Both the position numbers and the translations under genes were made by a program. Of a stretch of 64,000 nt of DNA, positions 1 through 11,608 are shown piece by piece. Source of the stretch: Rebecca billardiae RCC1528 (Eukaryota; Protista; Haptophyta); NCBI GenBank assembly GCA_965240325.2, contig OZ251225.1, forward strand, positions 2,356,001 to 2,420,000, in the 5' to 3' direction. The notes beneath the pieces were generated by a model that had not been told where the DNA came from, did no database searches, and was given only the letters and a program-made list of their open reading frames with translations. Position 1 is the stretch's first letter. The number at the start of each line of letters is the position of its first letter.

Positions 1-72
1 CCGATGCTGGACGACGAGTACCTCGACTGGGCGGGCGAGCTCGTCGTCGAGTGGGACGACGAGGTATGCTAA
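1..72 (+). CDS. Possible 3' end of a gene entering from outside the window (PMLDDEYLDWAGELVVEWDDEVC*)
   Basis: Frame 1 is open from base 1 to TAA at 70-72 with host-like GC3 codon usage; too short to assign. Confidence 0.35.
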   Translation, partial: PMLDDEYLDWAGELVVEWDDEVC

Positions 73-586
73 TGGCGGGCTGGCTGCGCGCACCTGGCGG
101 CTCTCTCGTCGTGCGGTCGTGGCGGCGCCGTGATTCATCTTCCCGCCCCGGGAGTGACTAGTGAGGGCGCGAGCGGCGAGGCGGCCACCAAGGCCCTCAT
201 CAGATTCAGCAACTCTGTCGACGAGCTTACTGTACTATAACTACGGCGGAGCTAATTCATCGATTATTCGATACGATATGCGCTGCTACAAAGTTCTACG
301 AGCATGATGAGCGATCGACTGCGTCGTAACCTGCGCTGGCCGCGCCCTCCGCGGGCCTTTGAATGATTCAATTAATGAATGACGTCACTCACTCACTATA
401 GACACTACTCAGGCTCAGCCTTCGCCGGCCCTTCGTCGCGGGCTTCGGAGGCAACGGTCCGACGGTAACACCCGAGTGACCCGTTTAAGACGGCGCAGGC
501 CACGCCGCGTTAGTTACTAGCGGTTAGGCCACTAGCTACGGCACGCCGATTTACTAAACGCGACTATTTACTATATATATATAGTT

Positions 587-2250
587 ATGGCCCGCGGTGC
601 AGGGCGGAGCGCGCAGCGTGGAGCCCGCTCCGCGGGCACTAACCACGTTTCAAAAAGATCTTTGATCAATGAAGAAAAAAGGGACGGGGGACGATTTTCA
701 GGGCTGGAGGAGACCGAGTTTCGAATTTTGAGACTCCCTTACAGGTGCATCCTCGTCGAAAAAGGACGCGGCCGCCGTCTTGAATAGTGAATAGAGGAAT
801 CGATCAACGAAACCCACGCCCAAGTGTGCGAGGGTGAGTAATTACGGGTGGACTCAGTCGTTCATGTGTGACCATAGTAAATAAATATGGGCCTCGCCGC
901 CGCAAGAACGACTCTCACCAACTCCACTACTGCGAGACATTGAAAAATACCCGCAGCTATTCGTCGCCAGCCCATTTCATAGTCACTGATCGACGCACCG
1001 AGCTGCGGAGCTGGCGAGCCTCAAAACTTGCCGTCGTCGCAAGGCAGCAGGTTTGAGCCCGTTCGGAGGTGGCGAGGACGCCGCGCGACTCTCGCCTCCA
1101 AGCAAGGGCGGGCGATGGGCAGGTGCGCGCGGCCAGTGGCGCCTGGAGCGCGCGTCTGCGGCGGGTCCCGACGGCCGTTGACATCGTGTTCGTGCCCCGC
1201 TCACTAGTCACTCCGCGCGCCCCTGCCGCCCTGTCGATGCCTGCGCGGCCGGGGCCGCGCGTCAGCCGGCGCCGGCAGCCGCCGCCCTTTGTTCGGGCTC
1301 TCGCAAGCTCGGGGGCAGCGGCGCCTGACTGATGCCGGACTGATCGATCTCTGAGTCTCCGACTTCACCACACGCCCCCCTTGTCATGCCTCTCCGCCAG
1401 GGTCTCCCAGAACTCTTCTTCCGAGAGCAGGCGCGCCAACCCGAATCCATCGATCTGTTCCGTGCCGGCACTCTCGGCCCGCGCCGGCAAGTCTGTCTGC
1501 AGCGCTGGACGGGCGGACCTAGGAGGACGAGCTGCGGCGCGGACGACGGTGGTGCGCGACGTCCCCAGAGCTGGCCGTGCTGCCTCTGCGACGCGTGCAG
1601 AGCCTGACCGAGGTGTGTCACCCCGTGACCCCGTGCAGTGCAACCGTGGCGTGCGGAGTGAATAACAATCACCGGTGCCCTCGCACCTCGGCACACACAG
1701 TGCTCCCTCTGGCTGTCTGCTCCGCGTGGCCTCAGTGACAGACAGGCCTGGCGTGCACGTAGATAGAGTTGCGCTCATGCGTCGATCACGCCTCGCGCCC
1801 GCCTGTCGGCCGTCGCGCAGGCGCTGGTCGAACCCTACTCGGACCAGTGCAAATCATCTACTCCTGGCGCTGCCCGGCGGCGCGCGGTGACGACAGACAG
1901 CGCGGTCAGCAGCAGCGGCCCGAACGAATCCGCGGCCCCGCACCGTGTTCCCTGGCTGTCAGCTCCACGTGGCCTGGCATGCACGTGGAGTCGCGCCTCA
2001 TGCGTCGATCACGCCTCGTCGCATATCCGCCTGTACACAATCCGGGCGCCGGCGCCGGCGGCTGCGATGGGCCCGCGCCCGGCGCCGGCACCGGCAGGCG
2101 CAGCGGCGCGCCGCTGGAGTCTAGTTGTACGGGCATGCAACTGGTCTGTCAATAGACGACTGCGACGGAGGGTGCACCGCCACCGCGGGCCCCGAACTAC
2201 CGGTTCGTTCTACGGAAAAGGACCGCGAAACGCGTTATACGCGGTCATTT
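587..2250 (+). mobile_element. Non-autonomous Helentron/HINE-like element, copy 1
   Basis: First ~150 bp closely match 20221 onward. GGCCCGCGGTG (589-599) is inverted at 2181-2191, followed by hairpin GACCGCG...CGCGGTC (2221-2246). The right end also matches 21442-21500. Confidence 0.6.
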
Positions 2251-3515
2251 AGGCGACCGCAGGAAGTACTACGATTCTCACTCCATGTGACTCACGCCAC
2301 TCGTCACGGTACCGGTATGTCGTTAATAACGTTCACTATATCAGTATCGGTCCGTGTCATCATCATCGACTCATAGTCATACGAGTACAGTAGTACGGAC
2401 GACACTCGACAGTACGCCCCGATAGTCGGATCCGTACAGTCACAGTGAGCTAGCATATATATATATATAGCACGGTAGCTTACATGGGGCTGAGCAGCTG
2501 ATGAGCCTAATGGGAAGCCAAACGCGTAGCCCTGGCCCTGCTGCAGCCTGCAACTTGCTTGCAGTCAGTCCCGGTTTGTTGTCGCCAGACATCCGCGGCA
2601 TCACCTTCCTCAATTGCTTTTGCCTCCACACGATGTCGTCACGAGATACGCAGCAGCAGCGTTCTCTCCATCATGCAGTGCAGTGCCATGCGTGATGATA
2701 GCACCTTGCCGCTTGTTCAGTACGAACTGCTCCACCTCGAGATTCTGGCGACATGCTCCACCACGTTCGCCTCCACCGCCAAACTAGGTCCATCTCATAC
2801 CTGATCACAAACAATGCGCGCACGGGCACACGAGGGGATGGGCAAGGGGAGGTGCGTCTCAGTTTGCCATGCGCTGCGAATGATGCGCGTGCAATGCCGG
2901 GCGCGCGCAGGAGTTGCACAACGTACTTGGATGGATGACACACGGCAGGCCATGTCGAGCCCGCGAGCAGCTGCCGTCCAAATCGATGCTGAGTACAGAA
3001 ACAAGCCGACACGACTGCCATGCTGCTGCTGCGAATTCAGAACCGAAAGTACGTGCTCGTGCCATGCTTCACAACTTGCATCTAGCCAATCACGTGATCT
3101 GCGCAGGGGAAGGGCCCGCAGCGGCGCGGCACGTCGCGTGCACGATGAGAGGGCGTTCGGGGGATAGGCGCAGCGACGCGCGGACGCGTGCGGCGCACAC
3201 CATGCAGACTGATGTCATGTTACCTCGGAGCAGCCCAAACCTGAGTGCAAACCCAACGCCGACCGGCCGTCAAAGGCAGCAGCGCAAAGCGTGAAACAAA
3301 GGAAGGTGCTCAAAACGCGACCAATCCGAAACACCAGGCAGCACAAAACCGCGAGGGCTCGTGACAGCAAGTTCAGGGAGGACCGCAAGATGAAGAAGCA
3401 GCGGCACAGCAGCGCAGGCACCGAGTGCGCCCCCCCAAAAAAGAGCAAAGCGAGCAGCACCAGCAGATGGGGGACACGAGGCAGGACGCAGTAGGCGAAG
3501 AAGCACTCCACGCGG

Positions 3516-5240
3516 CGACACGTGCGCGCACGACCGACCACAGCTGCTCGATCGATCAAACCGAAGCGGCAGCGCGGACAGCTCGGGGGCGGCGGGGCTC
3601 GGCCAACGGCTCGCAGCCTGAGGCGCTCGCACGCCGGACATCGCCAAAGGCGCCGGGGCAGAGGGGGAGGGCGGCGCGGTGCGCGGCGGCGGTGCGCGGC
3701 GGTGGCGGTGCTCGTCGCTCGCTCGCCGACACGTGCGCGCACGACCGACCACAGCTGCTCGATCGATCAAACCGAAGCGGCAGCGCGGACAGCTCGGGGG
3801 CGGCAGGGCTCGGCCAACGGCTCGCAGCCTGAGGCGCTCGCACGCCGGACATCGCCAAAGGCGCCGGGGCGGAGGGGGAGGGCGGCGCGGTGCGCGGCGG
3901 CGGCGGCGGTGCGCGGCGGTGGCGGTGCTCGTCGCTCGCTCGCCGACACGTGCGCGCACGACCGACCACAGCTGCTCGATCGCTCAAACCGAAGCGGCAG
4001 CGCGGACAGCTCGGGGGCGGCGGGGCTCGGCCAACGGCTCGCAGCCTGAGGCGCTCGCACGCCGGACATCGCCAAAGGCGCCGGGGCGGAGGGGGAGGGC
4101 GGCGCGGTGCGCGGCGGCGGTGCGCGGCGGTGGCGGTGCTCGTCGCTCGCTCGCCGACACGTGCGCGCACGACCGACCACAGCTGCTCGATCGCTCAAAC
4201 CGAAGCGGCAGCGCGGACAGCTCGGGGGCGGCGGGGCTCGGCCAACGGCTCGCAGCCTGAGGCGCTCGCACGCCGGACATCGCCAAAGGCGCCGGGGCGG
4301 AGGGGGAGGGCGGCGCGGTGCGCGGCGGCGGCGGCGGTGCGCGGCGGTGGCGGTGCTCGTCGCTCGCTCGCCGACACGTGCGCGCACGACCGACCACAGC
4401 TGCTCGATCGCTCAAACCGAAGCGGCAGCGCGGACAGCTCGGCGGCGGCGGGGCTCGGCCAACGGCTCGCAGCCTGAGGCGCTCGCACGCCGGACATCGC
4501 CAAAGGCGCCGGGGCAGAGGGGGAGGGCGGCGCGGTGCGCGGCGGCGGCGGCGGTGCGCGGCGGTGGCGGTGCTCGTCGCTCACTCGCCGACACGTGCGC
4601 GCACGACCGACCACAGCTGCTCGATCGCTCAAACCGAAGCGGCAGCGCGGACAGCTCGGGGGCGGCGGGGCTCGGCCAACGGCTCGCAGCCTGAGGCGCT
4701 CGCACGCCGGACATCGCCAAAGGCGCCGGGGCGGAGGGGGAGGGCGGCGCGGTGCGCGGCGGCGGTGCGCGGCGGTGGCGGTGCTCGTCGCTCGCTCGCC
4801 GACACGTGCGCGCACGACCGACCACAGCTGCTCGATCGCTCAAACCGAAGCGGCAGCGCGGACAGCTCGGGGGCGGCGGGGCTCGGCCAACGGCTCGCAG
4901 CCTGAGGCGCTCGCACGCCGGACATCGCCAAAGGCGCCGGGGCAGAGGGGGAGGGCGGCGCGGTGCGCGGCGGCGGTGCGCGGCGGTGGCGGTGCTCGTC
5001 GCTCGCTCGCCGACACGTGCGCGCACGACCGACCACAGCTGCTCGATCGCTCAAACCGAAGCGGCGGCGCCGAACTGCTCGCAGCCTGCGCTTGCACACC
5101 GGAGGACGCCGAAGGTGCCGGGGCGGAGGGCGAAGGGGGCGGGCGGCGGCGCGGTGCACCATGCGACGGCCCGTGCTTCCCATGCTGGCGCCCGTTGCTC
5201 GCTCGCCAAACTGCGCGCACTCGCTGATCACGCTCAGGCA
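3516..5240. repeat. Tandem array of 211/217-bp units (7 full units plus 1 degenerate)
   Basis: Unit start CGACACGTGCGCGCACGACCGACC recurs at about 3516, 3727, 3944, 4155, 4372, 4589, 4800 and 5011. The length difference is a GCGGCG indel. Confidence 0.95.
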
Positions 5241-6671
5241 GGCAAACCGGACGGCGGAGGGCGAGGTGACCCGACGACAATCAGCAGGTGCGTGGCGGGC
5301 GTGATCAACGGGACTTGACCCAAGGGCGACCCTGTGGCGAGGGGGGCAAGGGAAGGGCGCGAAGGGGGGCCGCAGCGCCGCTCCGCGCCCTCCGTACCAC
5401 ACCGCGCCCGCGCCCGAGGCTGAACGGAACTCGAATCGACAGGCAAGTAGTGAGGCGGCGCACCGGACGACGTGAAGGACGTGCGTGCAAGCGGCCATAC
5501 GAGACGCCAACCTCGCCGGGTCGAATGATACCGCAGTTGGTGCATGATCAAGCAGTGGGTGACGCGCGCCGACAAACTCCGCGAACATGATGCTTCCACA
5601 TGGCTCGCCGCGTCCGGCCCAGCGTGAGGACGGCAGCTGAAACGCGCTTCCCGAACAGCGCCTTGGACGACCGCAAACGATGGGAGGCGAGAGCACGGGG
5701 AGCGTCCGGCCACGAATGAGCTCGCGCGAGATGCGGAACGACCTCGCCTTCGTCTCGAGTACACCGGCCCGGAGCACCTGGCTCATCAAAGTGGGAGGCC
5801 GCCGAGCGCGCGTGAAACGGAGCGACAGCAGTCTTGGATCCTCACGGCGGCGCAGAACGCATCCTCGCGAGCCTCGAGCAACCACGACACGCGCTGCGGA
5901 GCGGGGGCAGGGGGGCAGCAACAAAGTGCGCCACGCCAGCAGAATCCAGGCCCGAGGCAGCACAGCGCATGTCGGCGGGGCACGCGAGCGAGCGCGAGGG
6001 GGAGGAGAGGACGCCCGGGCCGAGCAAGTCCATCAAGCGCCGGTAAGCTCTGAGAAGTGTCGCACCCACGACGTTAATTGGACGGGTGGAGAAAGCCTGG
6101 AAAGTGCCGGGTTTAACTCACTCTTAACCGCCTGCAACAACGAATCACAGCGTCGGAACTACGCGGAGCAAGCGTCAAGGCTCGTATATTCCGTATATTG
6201 AAGTCGCCTTGCTGAACCCTAGGATAATGGAATCTTCGCGCGGGAGACAGATACAAACTCGTTCGCTCAAATAGGCAATTGGCCAATCGGGGCTCGTATC
6301 GGTGGTCGGTTCAACTACGATGACTAGATAAAACGCGCGTGGAACCAGGGTAGTTCATAAGCAGCCTTTTTACCCCCCCGAGGGACGCCACGTCAGATGC
6401 TGTCACGATGACCATCAGGCGAGTAAAAGTGCTTCGCAGGGCTGATCCGCGTTTATTTCCGGCCGCCATTTTTGGTGGCGACCCGAAGAGATCAAAGTTG
6501 CACCGCCGCCGCCGCCGGCGGGAAAGTTGGCACGGCGAGCGCAACGGCAAGCCAAAGCGCCCGCCTCTTTTTCCTCGTGCGACCTGCCTGAAAGTGTGCA
6601 CTTCGTGAGGGCTGCTCCGCTGCTCGCGCGGAACTGCCCATTTCCGCGTTGCAACCGCGCCAGCTCGGCGG

Positions 6672-9600
6672 ATGGCGGCGGCGCAGCACAGCCAGGAGCA
6701 CCTCCTCGCGGCGCTCGCGCTGAGCGACCTGGCCAATGTGCGTGCAGGCGCCTGCTGTTCGATCCGCGCGCAGGCCGTCGGCGAGCAGCGCCGCTCCACG
6801 CGCGCGCGCTCGGCGTGTCGGTTGGAAGTGGCAGGACTTCCGCTCACACGCCGCGCGTGGCTGCGTATCGGCGTCGCGACCCCCTCGTCCCCCGCAGCAC
6901 GCTGTGCAGGCCAGGCTAGAAACCGATGACGACTTGTCGCCATCGAGCGGTCCCGACGCGGAGAGCACGCTCGAGACCGAGGCGCCCGCGCGCCTGCTGA
7001 GCGAACTGCCCGGCACCTCGGACCAGTGGCCGTGCGCGCCTGGCAAGGGGTGGTTTGCCAAGAGCCAGCGCGGCGGAGAGGTGCACTTCCTCGAGCGCAT
7101 CTTCCTCATGCTCAGCTTCGGCAGCCTGCGGCTGCGCGCGGAGCCCTCGCGCGCACTGCGTGACACCATCAGGTGAAGGGCGCGCTCCGCGCTCGCGCCG
7201 TCGGCGGCTCGGCCGTGCGCGCGGCGCCCTTGCCGCTCGCCGCGCGTGGCGTGCGAGCGCGCGGGCGCTGACGCGCACTGCGCGACCACCCCGCACCGCC
7301 TCGCCGCCGCCCGCACGTGCGCCGCGCAGGTGGCTCAGCCCGGAGTCGGCCGCGCGGCTGGGCGTGCCCCGGGGCGTCTGGGCGTTCGAGATTGTGTGCG
7401 TCGAGCTCTTCGAGCGCGAGGTGTACCCGCAGTACGCGTCGGGCTCGTTCAATAAGACGGCGGCGAAGTGGTGCCTCATCTCGCCCCCCGCCGTCAGCGC
7501 TGCGGGCTCCGCCGTCGACGCCGCGACCGGCGGCGGCGCGCCCGCGCGCAGGCTGTCGCGGCACTGCATGTACCTTCCGCGCAGCTGGGTGGTGGACGGT
7601 GTCGAGCACGCAGTGGACGCGCAGGGCGCGTTCCGCCCGCTGGACGAGGACCTGCCCGCGGCGCAGGTGAACGAGTACGCCGCGCGCCACGTGCGCGCGT
7701 TGCAGGAGCATGCCGTGCGCCACGTGTACCGGCTGCGCGAGGAGAGCGAGCGTAGGCGTAAGCTCGGCCTTGCGCAGCCTGCGAGCCACACGCCGCCGCC
7801 GCCGCCGCCGCCGCCGCTCGAGGCGGCGCGGCGCGCGTCGCCCACGGGTGGCAGCGGCTCGGCGAGCAGCGGCGAGTCGGAGCTGCGCCAGCTCGCGGCG
7901 GGCCGCGCCGCCGAGCCGCAGGAGCACCTGCACCGCCGGCTGAACGAGTGGCGCGCGGCGTGCGCCGCCGAGGGCGGGCGGCCGCTCGTCCCGGCGCGGC
8001 GCGCGGCAGACGCGCGCGAGAAGGGCCTGCCGGGCGAGCTGACGCCGCCGCCCGGCCCCGTCGCCGAGGCCGATAAGCACGCCTTCCTCACGCCCAACCC
8101 GCAGCGCTCGCCCCTCGCGGAGCGCACCGTGCTCAGCCTGGCGCCGCTCCCGCACGTGGACGCGCCGGCGCCGCTCGCGCCATCCACCGAGTCGCTCGCT
8201 CGCGCGCACGCAGACGGAGTCGCGTACGCGGGCCGCGCCGACACCGACGGCGGGTACCACTCGCGCACGGCGAGCGACGGGCCCGGCTCGGACGAGACGC
8301 ACGCGCGGATGAGCGCGGGCGCCGCCGCGGCCGAGAGCACCGGCCTCGCCGCCGAGTCCGATGACGCGGGGCAGGCCGTGGGCAGCGCGGGCGCGCCCGG
8401 CACAGCCGGCGGCTGGGCGCCGCCCGCGTGGGCGACGGGCGCGAGCGGCGCGCGCACGGCCCACACGCCGTTCGTGCCGCTCGGCTCGAGCTCGCCCGAG
8501 GACGAGAGCGGCTCGAAGCCCGGCAGCGCCCGCGCGCCGCGCAGTGTGCGCGACGGTGCGCTCGCGCTCGCGCCGGCGAGGCCCCACAGGCAGGACTCGG
8601 ATCTCTCACTCGGCACGGCGGCCGCGGCCGCGGTCGCAGAGCTTTCGCTCGGTGGCGGCGCGGCAGCGGCCGGCGCGCGCTCGAGCTCGCCATCGGCGCG
8701 CGGCGCGGCGGTGCCCGTCGCGCCGCAGCGCGCGTTCTCCGAGGGCGGCGCGCTCGCCGACGCCGCCGCCGGCCCCGCCACCTCGCACGTCTTCCCGTAC
8801 GCGCCAGGCAAGGGTTGGTTCGCCTTCAACCGCAGCGGGAAGTCGATTTATTTTCTCGAGCGCCTGTTCCGCATGCTGTCCTCGCCGCACCTGCCGCTGC
8901 GCAAGCACCCGCGCGCGGTGCTCGGCGACGTGATCCGGTGGATGGCGCCGGCGCAGGTGCGCGCGGTGGCAGCGCGGCTGGCCGGCTGGCTCGGTGGCTT
9001 GGCGGCGCGGCGCGGCGCCTCCGTGCGCGCGGCCGGCGCGCGGCCGGCGCGCGGCTGAGCCTGGCGTGCCCGCGCCCGCCCCCCGCGGCCTGCGACATGC
9101 GCGCGCGGTGTGCGCGCGTGCGCCCTGCCAACTCAGGCGCAGGTGCATGGAGTGCCTGCCGGGATCGCCCCGTTTGAGATCATCAACACGGAGCTCTTCG
9201 AGGACGAGGTACGCCCGCGCGCGCCGCGCGCGCCTGCTCGCCGAACGCGCCTCTGCTCACGTCCCCCTGCCGCGCCCCGCCTCCGCCGGTCCGCGACCCT
9301 CCGCGGCCGCCGTCTCGTTGGGTCCCGCGCGGCCCCCGGCGACGACGACTCTCAGGTGTACCCGCAGTTCAAGAGCGGCTCCTTCCGCAAGACGGCCAAG
9401 CACTGGTGCATCCTCTCGCCTCAGCCCAACACCGCCGTGCAGCAGAAGCTCTCGGTCAAGTGCATGTTCATCCCGGCCGACAAGCTGAGCGACTCGGGTG
9501 CGCACGAGCCCGTCGACTGCTTCGGCTGCTTCCGGTGCGCGCGGCGCGAGGCCGCGCCTCCAGCGCGCCGCGCGCGTGCGCGAGGGGCGGCGCGCCGCGC

Positions 9601-9917
9601 TGCCGAGGCCGCACGGCCCGCCAGCGGCCAGGCCTGACGACCACGCCCTGACGACCACGCCACCCTGGCGCTCCACGCCCCGCAGGGCGCTCGGCCCGCA
9701 TTCGACCGAGGAGGACGTGGAGCAGTACATCCAGGACCATATCCGCCCGCTCGAAGAGCGCGTGCGTGGCGCACTGCTCTCCGCCGCGGCCAGCTCGCGC
9801 GAGCGCGAGCGCGCCGCGGGCGCGCGTGATCTCCTGCCTCCCGAGAAGCGGCACAAGGGTGCGGCGGGTGGCGGTCGGCGGCCGCCACTGCACCACCAGC
9901 GCTCGTCGCACCTCTAG
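6672..9917 (+). CDS. Protein with two divergent HSF-type DNA-binding-like domains
   Basis: Exons 6672-6737, 6910-7172, 7330-8956, 9137(or 9143)-9208, 9356-9534, 9686-9917, all GT-AG and in frame. Internal duplication FLER(I/L)F.ML...D(T/V)IRW...FEI...ELFE.EVYPQ(Y/F).SGSF resembles HSF DBD helices 1-2. Confidence 0.7.
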
Positions 9918-10577
9918 TCGCCCCGGCACGCCCCACCGCCTGCGGTTGGCCGTGGGACTGTTGGGGCGGAATCAAAGCTGCAGCCGGGCTGCACGCAGCT
10001 GCGCCCTGGCCGCGCGCAGCACAGCACGTGGCACAGCCGCGTACACGGCCTGGCCGAGCCGGCCGCGGAAGACTCAGCCCGCGACGCCGACGGCCGGCCT
10101 CACTCGTTCGACTGAGCAACCACAACACGTTGATGACGTATGATGACATAACCTACCCGCGCAGGACTTGGAGTCCAGCCTGGGAGCCCTGGGAGTGGGA
10201 CCGCGAGGCAGTTCCGGATGCAAGCGAGTAGCAGTTACTCGTAACGTATGTAATGACGATATGTAACACTCCCGACTCCGTCGTCCTGAACTAAAATTTC
10301 AGAATTAGTGATGCTCGCTGCTATACTCGCGCTAGGCCGCTAGCTAGCTAGTCCCGATCAGCAAGTCTAAATAATGCTGACGATGATGAATAATTCAATA
10401 TATATATGTGCGCTGCGCCGCATCATTATTATATCAATACTGGCGGTCATCAGTAATAATATAGCAGCGCCCTATTATTCAGTTATTCCACCGAGTTCAT
10501 CTGCACGCCGCCGGCGCGCGCAGCCCAGCAGCGCGCGGACCGGTCCGCGCGCGCCGGACCGGCAGCGTAGAAGCCCG

Positions 10578-10683
10578 CGCAACGGCCAGGGCAAGTACTC
10601 CCTCAACGGCCAGGGCGACTCTTTCCTCAATCAACGGCCAGGGCGACTACTTCCTCAACGGCCAGGGCGACAAATTCCTCAAT
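10578..10683. repeat. Short imperfect tandem repeat (CAACGGCCAGGGC core, about 4 copies, 24-30 bp period)
   Basis: Directly visible; preceded by a perfect 22-bp palindrome GCGCGCGGACCGGTCCGCGCGC at 10531-10552. Confidence 0.7.
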
Positions 10684-11608
10684 AACGGCAATAAGAGCAA
10701 CCCCGCCTGCACCGGCCTCCGGCCAGGCCGAATACAGTACTAGCTTCCCCCACGGCTAGGGTCAGCGCCATCCCCGACCGCACCGGCTGGCGTGAACTAC
10801 TGGTACTACTGCATCCGCAATTAGCGGACCGTCAGCAGGGACGGCAACGGCGGCAACGGCGGCAACGGTGTACGACCGACGACCACAAGTACAGCTGCAT
10901 CTCTGGGCGCCTACTACTCCGCGGTATGACTCCATCCGTCATCCGCGGACAACGCGCTTACACATCCTCCGCCTCCAATCAGTACTTCGACAGACGAATC
11001 AGGAGAGCCGCGTCCTCATGCCTGTGTCTTTAATTCCTAGAATTGGTCAGAAGTTAATTCCTGACTGATCGGCCGCCGGAGGACAATATCTGCCGTGTCC
11101 TCGCTATACAGTATAGTGCTTGCTGTGCGCGACGATAATATTCTCACTGCTAATGATTCGTCCGATGCCGATGATGACGCGATATCGTCATCATATATAT
11201 ATATCATCGATTATCGTTACATGCGCGCACCGTTACGGCGGGTCACCGTTGGCTACGACTGGTAACGTGAATATAGCAGTAGCAGCGTCACTCGTCAGGC
11301 GGTCAGTCACGACTACTACTTATATAATTAAATATATATATACTTTTTAATTATATATATACCACACACGAGTTGTCGCGCCGCGGTCCGGCTCGGGCGG
11401 GACAGGCGCGGGTTACCGTGCCGGTGCGTGGCCTGCTCGCGAGTTCATACATACGACATGATGTAGTACAGTACGCACTGATGCATCATTGCATGTCAAA
11501 GTCGTCTGACTCTGAGTCACGATCGCAGCGCCGCTGCGCAAGACTACTAGTACTACTTGGCTGCGAGAGTGGGACGACAGCCGCATCTTCAGCGAACAAG
11601 CTAACATA

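Noticed and set aside
150-1216. Inverted match GGAGTGACTAGTGAG (about 150-165 versus 1200-1214)
   Set aside because: Short, and the flanking similarities are not colinear, so no larger inverted structure is supported.
3215-5963. Overlapping Arg/Ala-rich ORFs across the tandem array
   Set aside because: Artefacts of a GC-rich repeat whose length is not a multiple of 3; no domain signal.
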